The notes: generated by a model not told the origin, from the sequence alone. Counted from the first letter of the stretch, positions 1 through 11,411 are shown. The stretch: DNA of 64,000 nt from a bacterium (GCA_965261595.1 CBDHDG010000007.1:960001-1024000); one strand, 5' to 3'. A program made the numbers and translations.

Positions 1-1161
1 GTCCTCGTCCGTGACGACCACCCACTTCGCGAACGCGGGATGGTGCGTCCAGGCGGCCGAGAGGACCTGCTGGGCCTGCCCGGGATAGACTTGCTTCATC
101 CGCACCCAACACATCGCGAGGCTGCCGGCCGGCTCGGGCAGGTGCACGTCCACGATCCCGGGAATCCTGAGGTCGTGGGTCAGGTGCTTGTAAATCTGGG
201 CCTCCTCCGAGATCGCCCGGATCAGGCTCGACTCGCTGGGCGGCATCTGGCTGAAGAAGGCCTGATGAACGACATCCCTCCGGTGGGTGATGCAGTCGAT
301 CTCGAAGACCGGCATGGAGTAGGGGCCGCCCATATAGCCGGTGAATTCGCCGAAGGGCCCCTCGGATTCGCGCACGTGGGGGGGGACGTGGCCCTCCAGG
401 ACCATCTCGGCCCGGGCCGGAACCTCCAGGTCGATGGTCTTGCACCGGACCATCTCCACCGCGGCCCCGCGAAGGCCGCCGGCGATGGAGAGCTCGTCCA
501 GTCCCAGGGGCGCCTTGGACACCGCGCCCATCAGGACCGTCGGCTCCACGCCGAGCGCCACGGCCATCGGCATGGGTTTTTCCGCGGCCTCCCAGCGGGA
601 GAAGTGGACCGCCCCGTGTTGGCTGGGGTGATTCCAGAGGACTCCCGTCTTACGGGGTCCCTTGACCTGCATCCGGTAGACGCCCGCGTTGCGGCGGCCG
701 GTCTCCAAATCCCACGTGAGCAGGCAGGCCGAAGTCAGAAAGGGGCCGGGATCCTTCTCGGGCGTCCAGATGGGAACCGGGAACCGGCCCAGATCGGCGT
801 CCTCGCCCGTGAGGATCACTTCCTGGCAGGGTGGGTCGTCGTCGCCGAACGGCGCGGGCGCAACGGGCCGGCTCAGGGCCTCGCTCCATTTTTGGCTAAC
901 CGCGTCGAAGCCTGGCCCGATCCCCAAGGCGTGGCGGTAGACCCGCTCCCCGCCGCCGACCGTTCCCACGACCAACGGCTGGTCGTAGCCCTTGATGTTC
1001 CGGAAGCCGAGGGCCCCCCGGACCTCCTTCGGAACCCGGCGGAAGTAGGTCCGGGTGACCGCGCTGATCTCCCAGTCCTTGTCGACCTCGGCGTCCACCC
1101 AATGGAGCAGGCCGTGATCCTCCAGGCCGCGGAGGTAGTCTCTCAGGTCTTGAAAAGGCAT
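1..1161 (-). CDS. UbiD-family (prFMN-dependent) decarboxylase, runs off the left edge of the window
   Basis: Not in the ORF track because it has no stop in the window. Manual translation gives MPFQDLRDYLRGLEDHGLLHWVDAEVDKDWEISAV...RNAGVYRMQV...EGPFGEFTGY...KWVVVTDED, which are hallmark UbiD motifs. Confidence 0.93.
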   Translation of the reverse strand, partial: MPFQDLRDYLRGLEDHGLLHWVDAEVDKDWEISAVTRTYFRRVPKEVRGALGFRNIKGYDQPLVVGTVGGGERVYRHALGIGPGFDAVSQKWSEALSRPVAPAPFGDDDPPCQEVILTGEDADLGRFPVPIWTPEKDPGPFLTSACLLTWDLETGRRNAGVYRMQVKGPRKTGVLWNHPSQHGAVHFSRWEAAEKPMPMAVALGVEPTVLMGAVSKAPLGLDELSIAGGLRGAAVEMVRCKTIDLEVPARAEMVLEGHVPPHVRESEGPFGEFTGYMGGPYSMPVFEIDCITHRRDVVHQAFFSQMPPSESSLIRAISEEAQIYKHLTHDLRIPGIVDVHLPEPAGSLAMCWVRMKQVYPGQAQQVLSAAWTHHPAFAKWVVVTDED

Positions 1162-1219
1162 GTGCGGTTCCGCCTTTCCGTGTTGAGCGCGCACAGGGAT
1201 GCCGGGGCGGGGCCGCCCG

Positions 1220-2209
1220 TCATCCGCAGGGGAGAAACTTCGTCGTGTAGGCCTGGTCGATGTCCACCGTTGCCTTGACGTTCCGGGCGCTGAACATGAT
1301 GTCCCGCGTGCGGACGAGCTTGTCCCGATCGATCCAGCCGATGCAGTGCTTTTTGGCTCCCTCGGTCAGGACCAGATCCCGGAGGACGTCGATCTCGGCC
1401 AGGGCGATGGATGGGTCGAGCGTCGACTGGTGTTTCATGAAGATGCGGTTGGCCTCCTTGGGATTCCGCATCGCCCATCCGTACCCCTTGACGGCCCCGG
1501 CCACGAAGGTCCGGAGAGCCCCGGATTTGTTTTTCACGTACTTCTCCGTGGTCATCAGACCGTTCGCGTAGATGTCGAAGCCGTGGTCCGCCAGGAGCAG
1601 GAAGCTGAACTGTCCGTGCTTGGCCGGATCGAGCCGCTTGTACTGAATCGTGTCGAACAGGAAGTTCTGCACCATGTCCACCTTGCCGGCCAGCAGCGAA
1701 GCCGTATAGGCGGACGAGGACATGGTCAGCCATTTTACCCGCTTCGGATCGATCCCGGTCACTTTCGCGAACGCGGGGAACATGGCCCGCGCGGAAGAGC
1801 CGGCCGAAGCGCCGAAAGTCTTCCCCTCCAGGTCTTTGGGGACCCGGATGCCGGTCTTTTTATTCGAGATGATGACGAAGGGGGCTTTGGCGTAGAAGAC
1901 GCTCACGATGACCAGGGGCGCTCCCTTGGCGCGGGAGATCAGGGCCGGGCCGGGACCCGCGAAGCCGATGTCGGCACCGCCCGAGGCGACGATGCGGGCG
2001 CCCTTCGACCCGCCGTATCCGCGCGAGATCGAGACGTCCAGACCTCCCTTCCGCCAGTAGCCTTTATCCAGGGCGACATAATAGGGGGTGTGGCGGCCCG
2101 CGATGATCCAGTCCAGCACCAACCGGACTTTCTCGGCTGAAGAGGCCGCCGATGTGAGAATTCCCAACGTCAAAACCAGCGCAAGCCCAACCCAGATGGC
2201 CTTCTTCAT
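1220..2209 (-). CDS. ABC transporter substrate-binding protein, NMT1/THI5/SsuA-like
   Basis: Signal peptide MKKAIWVGLALVL after GGAGGG. LDW...H.PYYVALDKGYW and DLEGKTFG motifs. Confidence 0.88.
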   Translation of the reverse strand: MKKAIWVGLALVLTLGILTSAASSAEKVRLVLDWIIAGRHTPYYVALDKGYWRKGGLDVSISRGYGGSKGARIVASGGADIGFAGPGPALISRAKGAPLVIVSVFYAKAPFVIISNKKTGIRVPKDLEGKTFGASAGSSARAMFPAFAKVTGIDPKRVKWLTMSSSAYTASLLAGKVDMVQNFLFDTIQYKRLDPAKHGQFSFLLLADHGFDIYANGLMTTEKYVKNKSGALRTFVAGAVKGYGWAMRNPKEANRIFMKHQSTLDPSIALAEIDVLRDLVLTEGAKKHCIGWIDRDKLVRTRDIMFSARNVKATVDIDQAYTTKFLPCG

Positions 2210-2684
2210 TCGTTCCCTCCTTCTGATGTGCAAAAAACAGCGCTGAAATCCCTCCCGGTTCTCATCCTGTCGCTTCGTCCTCTGAACGCTCGTTCGTTGA
2301 TCTTCCAGGGAGGAAGCCCTTTGAAGAACCCTCGACACCAAGAGAATGCATGGGACAATTCTTATATTCTAACATTTTTCAGATTTCAGGGGAACGTTGG
2401 AAAAGGTGAAAGGGATCAATTCTTTCAGAGACGCCCAACAGCAAATCTTGAATCTCGAATTTACATCGTAAAAGCATTCCGGCCCCGCTGACGCGCCCTT
2501 GCGCCCGCGTGCGCCGCTCCCGAGGAATACGGCGATTCCGCGCCCCCTCCCTATTGCGGCGGCTTGTCCCAAGAGATAGGGTTTGAAGACGGGTTTCGCG
2601 CCGGGATCTCAGCAACGACGGGGGGAACGCCCGGAACCGCCCGTTTCATTTAACCGACACCCTCTTTTGAACAGGAGGCTGGCC

Positions 2685-3236
2685 GTGACATCTTCCGAAT
2701 TGCTCAGCGGACTCGATCCCGACGTCCTGGCCAAGGGAAGGACGCTCGTCATCGAGGCGGACATCACGACCTTGGACACCATGGCCAAGGAAGGCGTGGT
2801 GAAGGGGGGAGCGGGGATCTCTTGGACCCTTCGGTGCGACGAGGGAAAACACGTGGGAGGGGAAGGCGCCGCCCCCGCCCCGCTGGATTACTTCACCATC
2901 GGCATCGGGTTCTGAACGCTGACCCAGCTCGCGCGGTACGCGCGAATGATGAAGATCGATGTCCGGGGGGCGCGGATGCACGTCCATGCGGAATTCACGG
3001 CGCAAGGCTCGGTTCTGGCCCAGACGGTGGAGTCGGCCTGCCGGGGCGTGACGTACCGGCTGGAGATCGAGTCCGACGAGCCGCCCGAGCGAATCGCCGG
3101 TCTCATCCGCAACGCCGAGAACGGCTGCTTCGCCCTCTCGGCCATCAAGCGGCCGGTCGAGGTGCGGGGCGAGTTCTCGCTGAACGGCGAAACCATCGAC
3201 CTCGACGCCTACCCGCCGCCGAAGCGTCCCGGTTGA
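2685..3236 (+). CDS. OsmC/Ohr-like peroxidase-fold protein, probable selenoprotein (UGA at 2913-2915 read as Sec)
   Basis: AGGAGG RBS then GTG at 2685. ORFs 2583-2915 and 2946-3236 are in frame and joined by a single TGA: DEGKHVGGEGAAPAPLDYFTIGIGF-U-TLTQL...AENGCF. Hairpin at 2929-2945. Confidence 0.85.
2916..2945 (+). promoter_or_regulatory. Putative bacterial SECIS element
   Basis: TCGCGC-GGTAC-GCGCGA stem-loop. The G-starting apical loop begins 20 nt after the UGA. Confidence 0.65.
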
Positions 3237-3302
3237 GGGGGAGGGGGAGGGGGAGGAACACGTAAGCAATTTTTGGCCGGACAAGCAAGCGGGAGAGAGA
3301 AC

Positions 3303-4073
3303 ATGACCAATCAGGTTCGAATCATCCACTACGGAGAGCAGGGATTTCCAGGCTCCGCCCTGTATCACATGAGCCGGTTCGGTGAAGTCCTGAAGATCCC
3401 GTTCTATTTCTGGGTCGTCCGGGGCGGGGGCCGGACCGTCCTGATCGATACGGGGGTCAGCCCGGAGCAGGCGAAGATCGAGAACGAGAACACCGTGGCC
3501 CGGTTCGGGAAGGAGTGCGCGTGGATCGTCCCTCCCGAAAAAGACCCCGTCAAGCAATTGGCCGATATCGGGATCGCGCCCGACGACGTGGACGCAATCA
3601 TTTTCACCCATCTTCACGGCGACCACTCCGCGAACCTTCCCTCGTTCCCAAAGTCTAAGCTCGTCATGGCGCGAAGGGCGTGGGAGGCGATTACCTCCCC
3701 GGCCCACCCGGACTTAATCAAGCCGGGTTTCTATCCCGACTATGTGATGGAGGAGCTTCACCGCGAGCTGGGCAAGAGGTTCCGGCTGGTGGAGGACGGG
3801 GAGGACGTCTTCCCCGGCATTCGCTGTTACCGGGTCGGCGGACACAGCCCCGATTTAACGGTGGTGACGGCGGAGACTTCCGAGGGGGAGGTGGTGTTCG
3901 CGAGTGACGCGGCCGTTTTTTATGACAGCCTCGAGCTCGGCCGGCCGACCTCCAGCTTCAACATGGCGGATTCCCTATACGCCCTCGACTTCATCAAAGG
4001 CCGCGGCGGGACCGTCCTGCCGGGACACGACTGGGATGTTCTGAAGCGTCATCCAGGCTGTGTTATCGGTTGA
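3303..4073 (+). CDS. Metallo-beta-lactamase fold hydrolase, N-acyl-homoserine lactonase-like
   Basis: LIDTG, THLHGDH, GGHSP, ASDA and PGHD metal-binding motifs. Confidence 0.85.
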   Translation: MTNQVRIIHYGEQGFPGSALYHMSRFGEVLKIPFYFWVVRGGGRTVLIDTGVSPEQAKIENENTVARFGKECAWIVPPEKDPVKQLADIGIAPDDVDAIIFTHLHGDHSANLPSFPKSKLVMARRAWEAITSPAHPDLIKPGFYPDYVMEELHRELGKRFRLVEDGEDVFPGIRCYRVGGHSPDLTVVTAETSEGEVVFASDAAVFYDSLELGRPTSSFNMADSLYALDFIKGRGGTVLPGHDWDVLKRHPGCVIG

Positions 4074-4529
4074 CATTCAAAAAGTCCCCGCCTATCAAAT
4101 AGCCTTGCCCACCTCGACATACAGAATTTCCTCGGGATTTCGGAAATGGACCGTTGCGCTTATCGGCCCGCATCAAAAAGAGCCGGCGAGAGGCGGCCAT
4201 TCGTTTGTATAGAATATTTCACTAAAAGACAGCATGGAAATTCAGCCCAGGAAATGCCTCGGCTTATTCTTCTTCACCTTTACGAAGTGTTACCTTGAAC
4301 TTGTATGACATCTTAAGTAGAATAAAAGATTCCAATTAAGTATTTGCGCCTGTTTCATACCCGGGAGAGTCTTGATTTGCCGCCACGGATTCCGGAAACC
4401 AAGTCATAAAGGGTTTCTGGAGCGGGGACCGCCATGTCGGCAGGGATAACCGAAGACTCTCGGTCAATCACCTTGAGACCCCCTGGACCGCCCCTGGGTT
4501 ATTGGACACTCGGGTGAGGGTATTCGACC

Positions 4530-5447
4530 TCATGCGGCCTCCGCAACTTGAGCGAGTTTTTCCTGCCTTGCCTGGGCCGGCGTTCGGTAGCCGTAGCCCT
4601 CGAGAATCCAATGATGGTTGTACAGGTTCTTGAACTCAAGCAGCGCCCACCGCAGTTCCTCTACGGTGGCGAAAGAGCGCACCCACAGGAGATTCTCCTT
4701 CAAGATGCGGATAAACCACTCACAGTAGCCATTTCCCTCGGGCGCCCGCACGAAGCTGGGCGAACTGGTCATGCCCAGGTAGGCGATCTCCCGCTGAAAG
4801 TCATCGGACAGATAGGCGGGGCCGTGGTCGTGACGAACTTTAAGCCCCTCGGCGACGTCCGCCTCCAAGCCGGCGAAGCGCTCGGCGACCCCCTGCCGGA
4901 TCGGCTCCAGGGCCTCGAAGCGGTTGCCGCTCTTGGCCGCATGGATCCCCACGCAGTCCACCGAGCAGTGATCCACCGCCACGAACACCGAGGCCACCCC
5001 CTCCTCGGTGGTCACCGTCGTCGTCATGTCCGTGCCCCACATTCGGTCGGGCCGCTCGGTGCGGATGGTCCCGTTGTGGGCCTTGGGACCTCGGGGTTTG
5101 CCCACCCGGTGGGGGGCCTGAAGCCCCGCCTCCCGCATCAGGCGACGCACCCGCTCCTTGCTGGTGCGGATGCCCGCGAAGCGCAGCCTCGCCCACACCT
5201 TGCGGTAGCCCTCGCCATGGAAGGGAGAGTCCTCCAGGACCTGCCGGATGTGGCCGAGGAGTTCCGCATCGGTGCACGGGCCCACAGGGCCGCGCTTATT
5301 GGGCGTGGGGCGTTCATGAACGGGGACCGCCTCTCGCCGCCGTTGCGCGTAGACCGTGGAGCGCGCCAAGCCCCAAAGGGCGCACACCCGCTTCAGGCCG
5401 TAGGCTCTGCCCGTGGAGGTGAAGCGGGCCTGACTCATCGCCTCCAC
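4530..5447 (-). CDS. IS3 transposase OrfB (rve DDE domain)
   Basis: GYRKVW, WGTDMT, HDHG and EGNGYCE motifs. Confidence 0.92.
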   Translation of the reverse strand: MEAMSQARFTSTGRAYGLKRVCALWGLARSTVYAQRRREAVPVHERPTPNKRGPVGPCTDAELLGHIRQVLEDSPFHGEGYRKVWARLRFAGIRTSKERVRRLMREAGLQAPHRVGKPRGPKAHNGTIRTERPDRMWGTDMTTTVTTEEGVASVFVAVDHCSVDCVGIHAAKSGNRFEALEPIRQGVAERFAGLEADVAEGLKVRHDHGPAYLSDDFQREIAYLGMTSSPSFVRAPEGNGYCEWFIRILKENLLWVRSFATVEELRWALLEFKNLYNHHWILEGYGYRTPAQARQEKLAQVAEAA

Positions 5448-5821
5448 CTCCTGCCGGCTAAAGGGCGGCCGGCCTCCAGGCGGTCGATCTTCTCCCGCAG
5501 GACCTCGCCCTCCATCGTGAGTTCGCCCACCTTGGCCTTGAGCCGGGCGTTCTCCTCGTCCCGCTCATCCGCCGGGCGGGCTTTGAGCGCCGCCTCGCCC
5601 CCGCGAAGGAACGCCTCGCGCCAGGCGGAAAGCCGAACCGCTGTCGTGCCCAACTCGCGGCAGAGCGTCTCCAGGCTCTCGCCCCGCAAAAGACGCAGGA
5701 CCGCCTCCCGCTTGCGCTGGCAGGAGAACCGACCCCGCTCACTGCGATGCCCTGGGGCCTTGGCTCCGTTCGCCCTGCGGGCGCCCTCCGCCAAAGCCCC
5801 CTCTTGCTTTTGTTCGTTCAT
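5435..5821 (-). CDS. IS3 transposase OrfA (HTH)
   Basis: RKREAVLRLLRGESLETLCRELG...LKAKVGELTME, overlapping orfB. Confidence 0.88.
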   Translation of the reverse strand: MNEQKQEGALAEGARRANGAKAPGHRSERGRFSCQRKREAVLRLLRGESLETLCRELGTTAVRLSAWREAFLRGGEAALKARPADERDEENARLKAKVGELTMEGEVLREKIDRLEAGRPLAGRRWRR

Positions 5822-5960
5822 CGCGACACCCCTTTCTCCATGAATCATGGATCAATCGAGTGTCCAACAAAACCCTAGAGCGGGGGACCCCGGCCGTACA
5901 AACTCCTACTCATTTCGCACGATGGCTCGAATCCAATAGCTCGCGTGAGGGGAGCACTGA

Positions 5961-6572
5961 TTGTTCCCCGGAGGAGTCGTCGAGCGCATAATTGTATCCA
6001 GTGTTCTCATCATATCAATTTTACTTCAATTTACGGCGGCCTTCCTCGCGTTGCGGCTGATTCGTTTCACCGGGAAGAGAACGGCGTGGGTTTTCATCGC
6101 GGCGGCCGTTTTCCTTATGGGTGTCCGGCGCTCGATCACACTGTGTCGATTGTTTTCCGGAGACCATTCCCATCCCCCAGACTTGTCCGCCGAAGTCGTC
6201 GCCCTTGCGATCTCGGTCTTCATGGTGGCGGGCGTCGGCTGGCTCGCCCCTTTGTTTCTCTCCATCCGACGTTCGTCGGAGGCGCTGCGGAAATCCGCGG
6301 AAGCGCTCAAGACCCGCCTGGTGGAGCAGGAGGGACTTGTGAGCGCGCTGGAACAGGTCACCTCCGACGTGGAGGTGGAAGCGGTGATCGAGTCCGTGCT
6401 GGGCGAAAGCACGCGGGTGATGGGGACGGACCGGTGCGCCGTCATGCTCCCGGACGCGAAAGGCGACGCGGGGCTGAGTCGACAGCAGGCTGAAGATGGA
6501 CCCGTCGATATACAAAGGGAGATTTTTAATTGCATGAATAGGCTTTATTGCCTAAATTCTTATACTTATTGA
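5961..6572 (+). pseudogene. Truncated membrane sensor (TM helices plus the start of a GAF domain)
   Basis: Three hydrophobic helices, a coiled coil and the GAF start (VTSDVEVEAVIESVL...DRCAVMLPD), then an abrupt change to AT-rich sequence. Confidence 0.55.
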
Positions 6573-7228
6573 TTAGGGCAGCTTCAATGATGAGCCTTTG
6601 ATTTTTGGCCGGGGATGGCCTTTCGGGTTTTTCACGAATCCGGCATCGGGGCGAGGACGCATGGCTCAACCCTTGCCATTTCCCCGAAAGCTGCTGAATG
6701 GTGGCGCCATCCCGCACTTTGCCTCCGACCGGGAAAGGGGAGTCGGCGAATTCGGGCAAACCACGTATTCGGGCTCGTTGCGGACCTTCGGACTCCGCGG
6801 CCGCGGAGATCGCCCTGCGGTCGTCCGGTTGCCATATTCTTTCCGAGGTTTGGAATCGAGTGTGCGGTTTCGCAATGGATGACCCGAAAATTTATCCAGA
6901 ATCCATGAGCGGGTGGATTGACAACCGGTCAGGAGCTTGGTCACCTAAGCGAGCCCCCCGTATACTAGAAAGGATCGCGTAAGTCCAAATTTTTTGTTCC
7001 CTTAAGATATTGGCTACACGACCAAACGATCCGCCCTTGGACGAGGATCAGAATCCTGGGGACGAACCACACAGCGGATCCCCCCCGTTCCCGTAATATT
7101 TGGAGATTGATTTCAAATATCTGATAATCCGCAAATCCTGATTTGGGACGCTTCTTGATGCTGCCTGGTCTCTATGAAAATTTGTTGAGGGGGCTGAGGA
7201 TTGGTTCATCAGGTAGGGAGAGCAAGGG

Positions 7229-10200
7229 ATGACTTCATCAACGGCGACGCGTGTTCCCAATATCGATGATCCCCTGGACCTGCTTCACCGCATCCTCGAT
7301 GATTGTCTCCGCGTTCTATCGGCGGACCGGTGCGGCCTCTTTCTGAAAGACCCGGAGGAGGGCGATTTTCGACTGATCACGTCCATCGGCCTTTCTGAAG
7401 CGTATCTGTCCGCGACATTGGAGCGGCGGGTGGGTTTCCCAAATTCACAGATGCTTCAAGAGCCCCGGTTTCTTTACTACCCCGATGCACAATGCGATTC
7501 CCGCCTGAAGGATATTTGGTCTCAAATCCGCGAGGAGGGGATTCGGTCGGTCATCAGTGTGCCGCTGCCGTCTGAAGAACAACCGATTGGCGTATTTCTG
7601 CTTTATTTCGATCAACCGCGAGAGATCTCCCCCGAGGACACGCGTACGATTCGCACCTTTGCCGACCTTGCCGCCATCGCCATTGAGAACCTGCGCCTCT
7701 ATGAACGGGAGAAAGAGGCGTCCCGGCGCCTGGGCCGCCTCCAGGAACTGGCCCTCCAGGTCTCATCCCCCCTCGATTTGTCCCAGCTCTTTCAGGCCGT
7801 CACGGACGCGACGGAGGAGCTTCTGGGAGATCCTCAGTCAAAACCCTCTTATTCGAGAATCTATTTGTGCGACGAAAGCGCCGATCAAATTGTGTCCCGG
7901 GCTGAATCGGGCCTCTCCCCTGAAGTGCTGGGTGGCTCGAAGACCCTGGCTTTGGGAGAGGGGCTTGCGGGTTGCGTCGCGCTGACCCAGCAGCCGCTCA
8001 TCGTCCCGGATGTGCAAGAAGACCCGCGGGTGGCCGAGCGGGGATATGCCAAGACCCGGGGACTTCACCATTCCTTCATCGGCGTTCCGCTTCTGGTCAC
8101 GGGCGAAATTTCGGGCGTCCTCACCTGCGTGTCTCGGGAAACCTCCACTTTCACCGAAACTGATCTGCATTTGATCGAATCCCTGGCCGGCCATGCGGTC
8201 GTTGCCATCGAGAAAGCCCGGGCCTTCGAGGAGATCAAAACACGGTCGGACCGGCAGGAGGCGTTGCGCAAAGTCACCGGTGACATCACCCGACACCTGG
8301 ATCTGCCCACCCTCTTCCGCCGAATCTGCGAGGGGGTCTGCGGGCTGCTGGACGTGGAATTCGGCCGGGTGTTCGTTTTGGAGGAATCCGCCGAGGCTTT
8401 CCGGCTCGCCGGCTACTTCAACCGCATTCAAAAGGATTATCAACCCACCCCGGTGGTTCCAAAGGGAATAGGGATCGTTTCCCGGGTCTACACGGAACGG
8501 GCCCCCGTGATCGTTTCCGATATCGGAAAAGGCCCTGACTGGTACAACCAGGAAGGGATCGATCGATTGGGCGTTCGCTCCTTTGTCGGGGTTCCCCTGC
8601 TTTTGCGGAGCCGCGTTGTGGGCGTGCTTCACTGCTTCACAACCCAACCAAGGGAATTCCAATCCGATGAGATCGAGCTCCTCCGCGATTTCGCCGATCA
8701 GGCCGCCGTGGCGCTGGAGAACGCCCGGCTCCTTCAAGAGTCCGAGAAGCGGACAACCAACCTCGAAGTTCTGAGTGAGATCGCAAAGGCGGTGAATGCC
8801 ACATAGGATCTCCAGGAGCTCTTCCGTGTCACCGTAGAGCAGGTCAAACGGGTGATCCCGTGTGAGCGTTGCAGTGTCTATAAGGTTGAGCCCGACAAGC
8901 AGGTCATATCGAGAATTTATGCGGTGGACGACATCGGGGGACGGGTGAATCGAATTCCTCCCAGTTCCCTGAGGGGGAGCGAATTCGAACATGTCCTGGC
9001 AACCCAAAAGGCCAGATATATCCCGGATACACGAAAAAACTCGCACCCCCGAATGCAACACATGGCGGCGGAGGGCCTGCGCTCAATCATCCAAATCCCT
9101 ATCCTGAGCGAGGGGGAGTGTATCGGTTTCCTGAACATCTACTCCAGTAAGGCGGACGGATTTACAACGGAGCAAATCAACCTGCTGGGCTCGGTGGCGG
9201 ACCACCTGGCCTTCGCCCTGAGGAACGCCGAGCTTTACGCCCGGGCGAAGGAGAGCGGCGATCGGCTCGACAATTTCGTCCGAAGCGCGTCGGACGGAAT
9301 CATCACCGTGGACCTGAAAGGACGGATCACCTCCTGGAACCCGGGCGCGGAGGGGATGTACGGCTACTCGGAAAAGGAAATGCTCGGGGAGGATCTCCTA
9401 CGGGTCTTTCCTCAAACCGAGCGGGAAAAGGGAGAACTCCTGATGCCGATGAAATCTGGGAAGGCCGTCTCCGCGTTCGAGACAGTCCGGCGGCGAAAAG
9501 ACGGATCACGGGTGAACATCTCCCTGACGCTTTCCCCCATTAAAAACGCCGAGGGCCGGCTCGTGGGGATTAGTGGAATCCAAAGGGATATCACCGAGCG
9601 CAAACGGGCCGAGGAGGCCCTCAAGCTCACGCAGTTCTCCGTCGAACGGACGGCCGACCCGGTCTTCTGGATCGACGCGGACAGCCGGTTTCTGAACGTA
9701 AACGACACCGCATGCCGCCACCTCGGCTATTCACGGGAAGAGCTGCTCTCGATGACGGTCTCGGACATCAACCCGGCGTTCCCGCCGGAGAGATGGGCCG
9801 AGTATTGGAAAGAGGTCAAGCGAAAGGGATCGCTCACGTTCGAGTCCAGTCAGAGACGGAAGGACGGCAGCGAGGTCCCGGTCGAGGTCGCTACCAACTA
9901 CATGGAATTCAACGGAAAGGAATACGATTTCGCCTTCGTCCGCGACATTACCGAGCGTAAACGGGCCGAAGACGCGTTGCGCGAGAGCGAAGCGCGGAAC
10001 CGGGCCATTCTTCAGGCCGCTCCGGACGGGATCCTCACCTTCGATGAGAGCGGTGTGATCGACTCGTTCAACCCGGCGGCGGAGCGGATCTTCGGCTTGT
10101 CCGCTCCCGAGGTGCTGGACGGGAAAATCGGGGCGCTGATGGACGGCGACGACGCCCCAAGGTTCGAGGCCTACCTGCAATGGTATCTGCAAACCGGCGA

Positions 10201-11411
10201 GAATGAGGTTGGGGGGGCGACGGATCTTCACGGGCATCATCCGGGACTTGACCGCCCACAAGACCATCGAGAACCGAATTCACCAGGCGGAGCGGATGGA
10301 AAGCACCGGGATCCTGGCGAGGGGGATCGCCCATGATTTCGGGAATCTTCTGACCTCCATCCAAGCCAATCTGATGCTGGCGTTGACGGAAATGAAGCCG
10401 GCCGATCCGGGATTTATTCATCTCTCCCGCCTCAGCCAGGCCGCCAACCGGGCCGCCGAGCTTGTCACCCGGCTCCGCGCGCTGGGCCGGGATCTCCCCA
10501 TTCAAAAGCGGCGGGTCAATCTGAACAAAGAGCTGCAAACTGTCCTTGATCTCCTCCCGGCAATCATTCCGGACCCCATCGAAGTCGAAATTCAACCCTG
10601 CCGGGAGATCTGCACCACCCAAGCGGACCCGGCTTTTCTCCAGGATACGTTGATCAATCTTTGCCTGAACGCCAAAGACGCCATGCCGGAAGGCGGGCGT
10701 TTGAGTATCGGGATCGAGCGCCTTCTGCTCGAGGCGGGCCATCCGGATCTGAGGCGGGACATGGCGCCGGGAGCGTACGACTGCATCTCCGTTCGCGACA
10801 GCGGCAAGGGAATGACCCAAGACGTGCGGGACAAAATCTTCGAACCTTTTTTTACGACCAAAGGATCCAGCAAAGGGACAGGCCTCGGTTTGCCCATGGT
10901 GCAGCGGATTGTCAAGGAGCATAACGGGTTCATCAACATCGAGAGCAAACCGGGCGAGGGGACGACTTTCTGGGTGTACCTTCCCGTCCCGCAGATGGAG
11001 CCCGCCGGCCCGGACTTTCCGGGCGCCGACCGTCTGGCCTCCGGAAAGGGGGAGCGTATCCTGCTCATCGACGATGACCTGCTCGTTCTGGACGTGATCG
11101 AGGAAATGCTCAGCGCCTGCGGCTACGAGGTGACAACCGCGACCTGCGGCCAGGAAGGCGTCCAATTATTCAGCGAGGCGCCGGAGCATATCAACCTGGT
11201 TCTGACGGACGTTGTGATGCCGGATTTTTCCGGCCGGGAGGTGTTCCGCCGGATCCGGAAGATGCGGGGGGACGTGAAGGTGCTGTTCTCGAGCGGCAAC
11301 CAAGTCGAGCTTCCCGAGGCCGTCGAAGAGAACGGAGCCGCTTTCATTCAAAAACCTTACTCGTTGTCAGAGCTCCTGAAAGGAATCCGGCAGATGCTGG
11401 ACAGACCCTGA
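7229..11411 (+). pseudogene. Hybrid sensor histidine kinase (4 GAF, 3 PAS, HisKA/HATPase, REC), disrupted
   Basis: Three ORFs: 7229-8806, 8852-10336 and 10203-11411. In-frame TAG at 8804-8806 and a frameshifting deletion in PAS3 near 10200. AHDFGN H-box, FEPFFTTK/GTGLGL, REC LTDVVMP...KP. Confidence 0.85.

Larger units (their letters stand above)
4484..5887 (-). mobile_element. IS3-family insertion sequence, copy 1 (1404 bp)
   Basis: Imperfect terminal IRs (TGGACCGCCCCTGGGTTATTGGACAC / TCCCCCGCTCTAGGGTTTTGTTGGACAC), CCCC on both flanks, orfA plus orfB. Near-identical to 49875-51279. Confidence 0.93.

Noticed and set aside
40..1278. Long plus-strand ORF, and similar ones such as 42505-44583, 39488-41071 and 16021-17472
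   Set aside because: They are antisense shadows of well-supported genes in high-GC DNA and have no motifs.
8804..8806. Pyrrolysine or amber readthrough in the kinase
   Set aside because: The TAG is at a non-catalytic Leu position one substitution from TTG, the gene has a second lesion, and no pyl genes are in the window.
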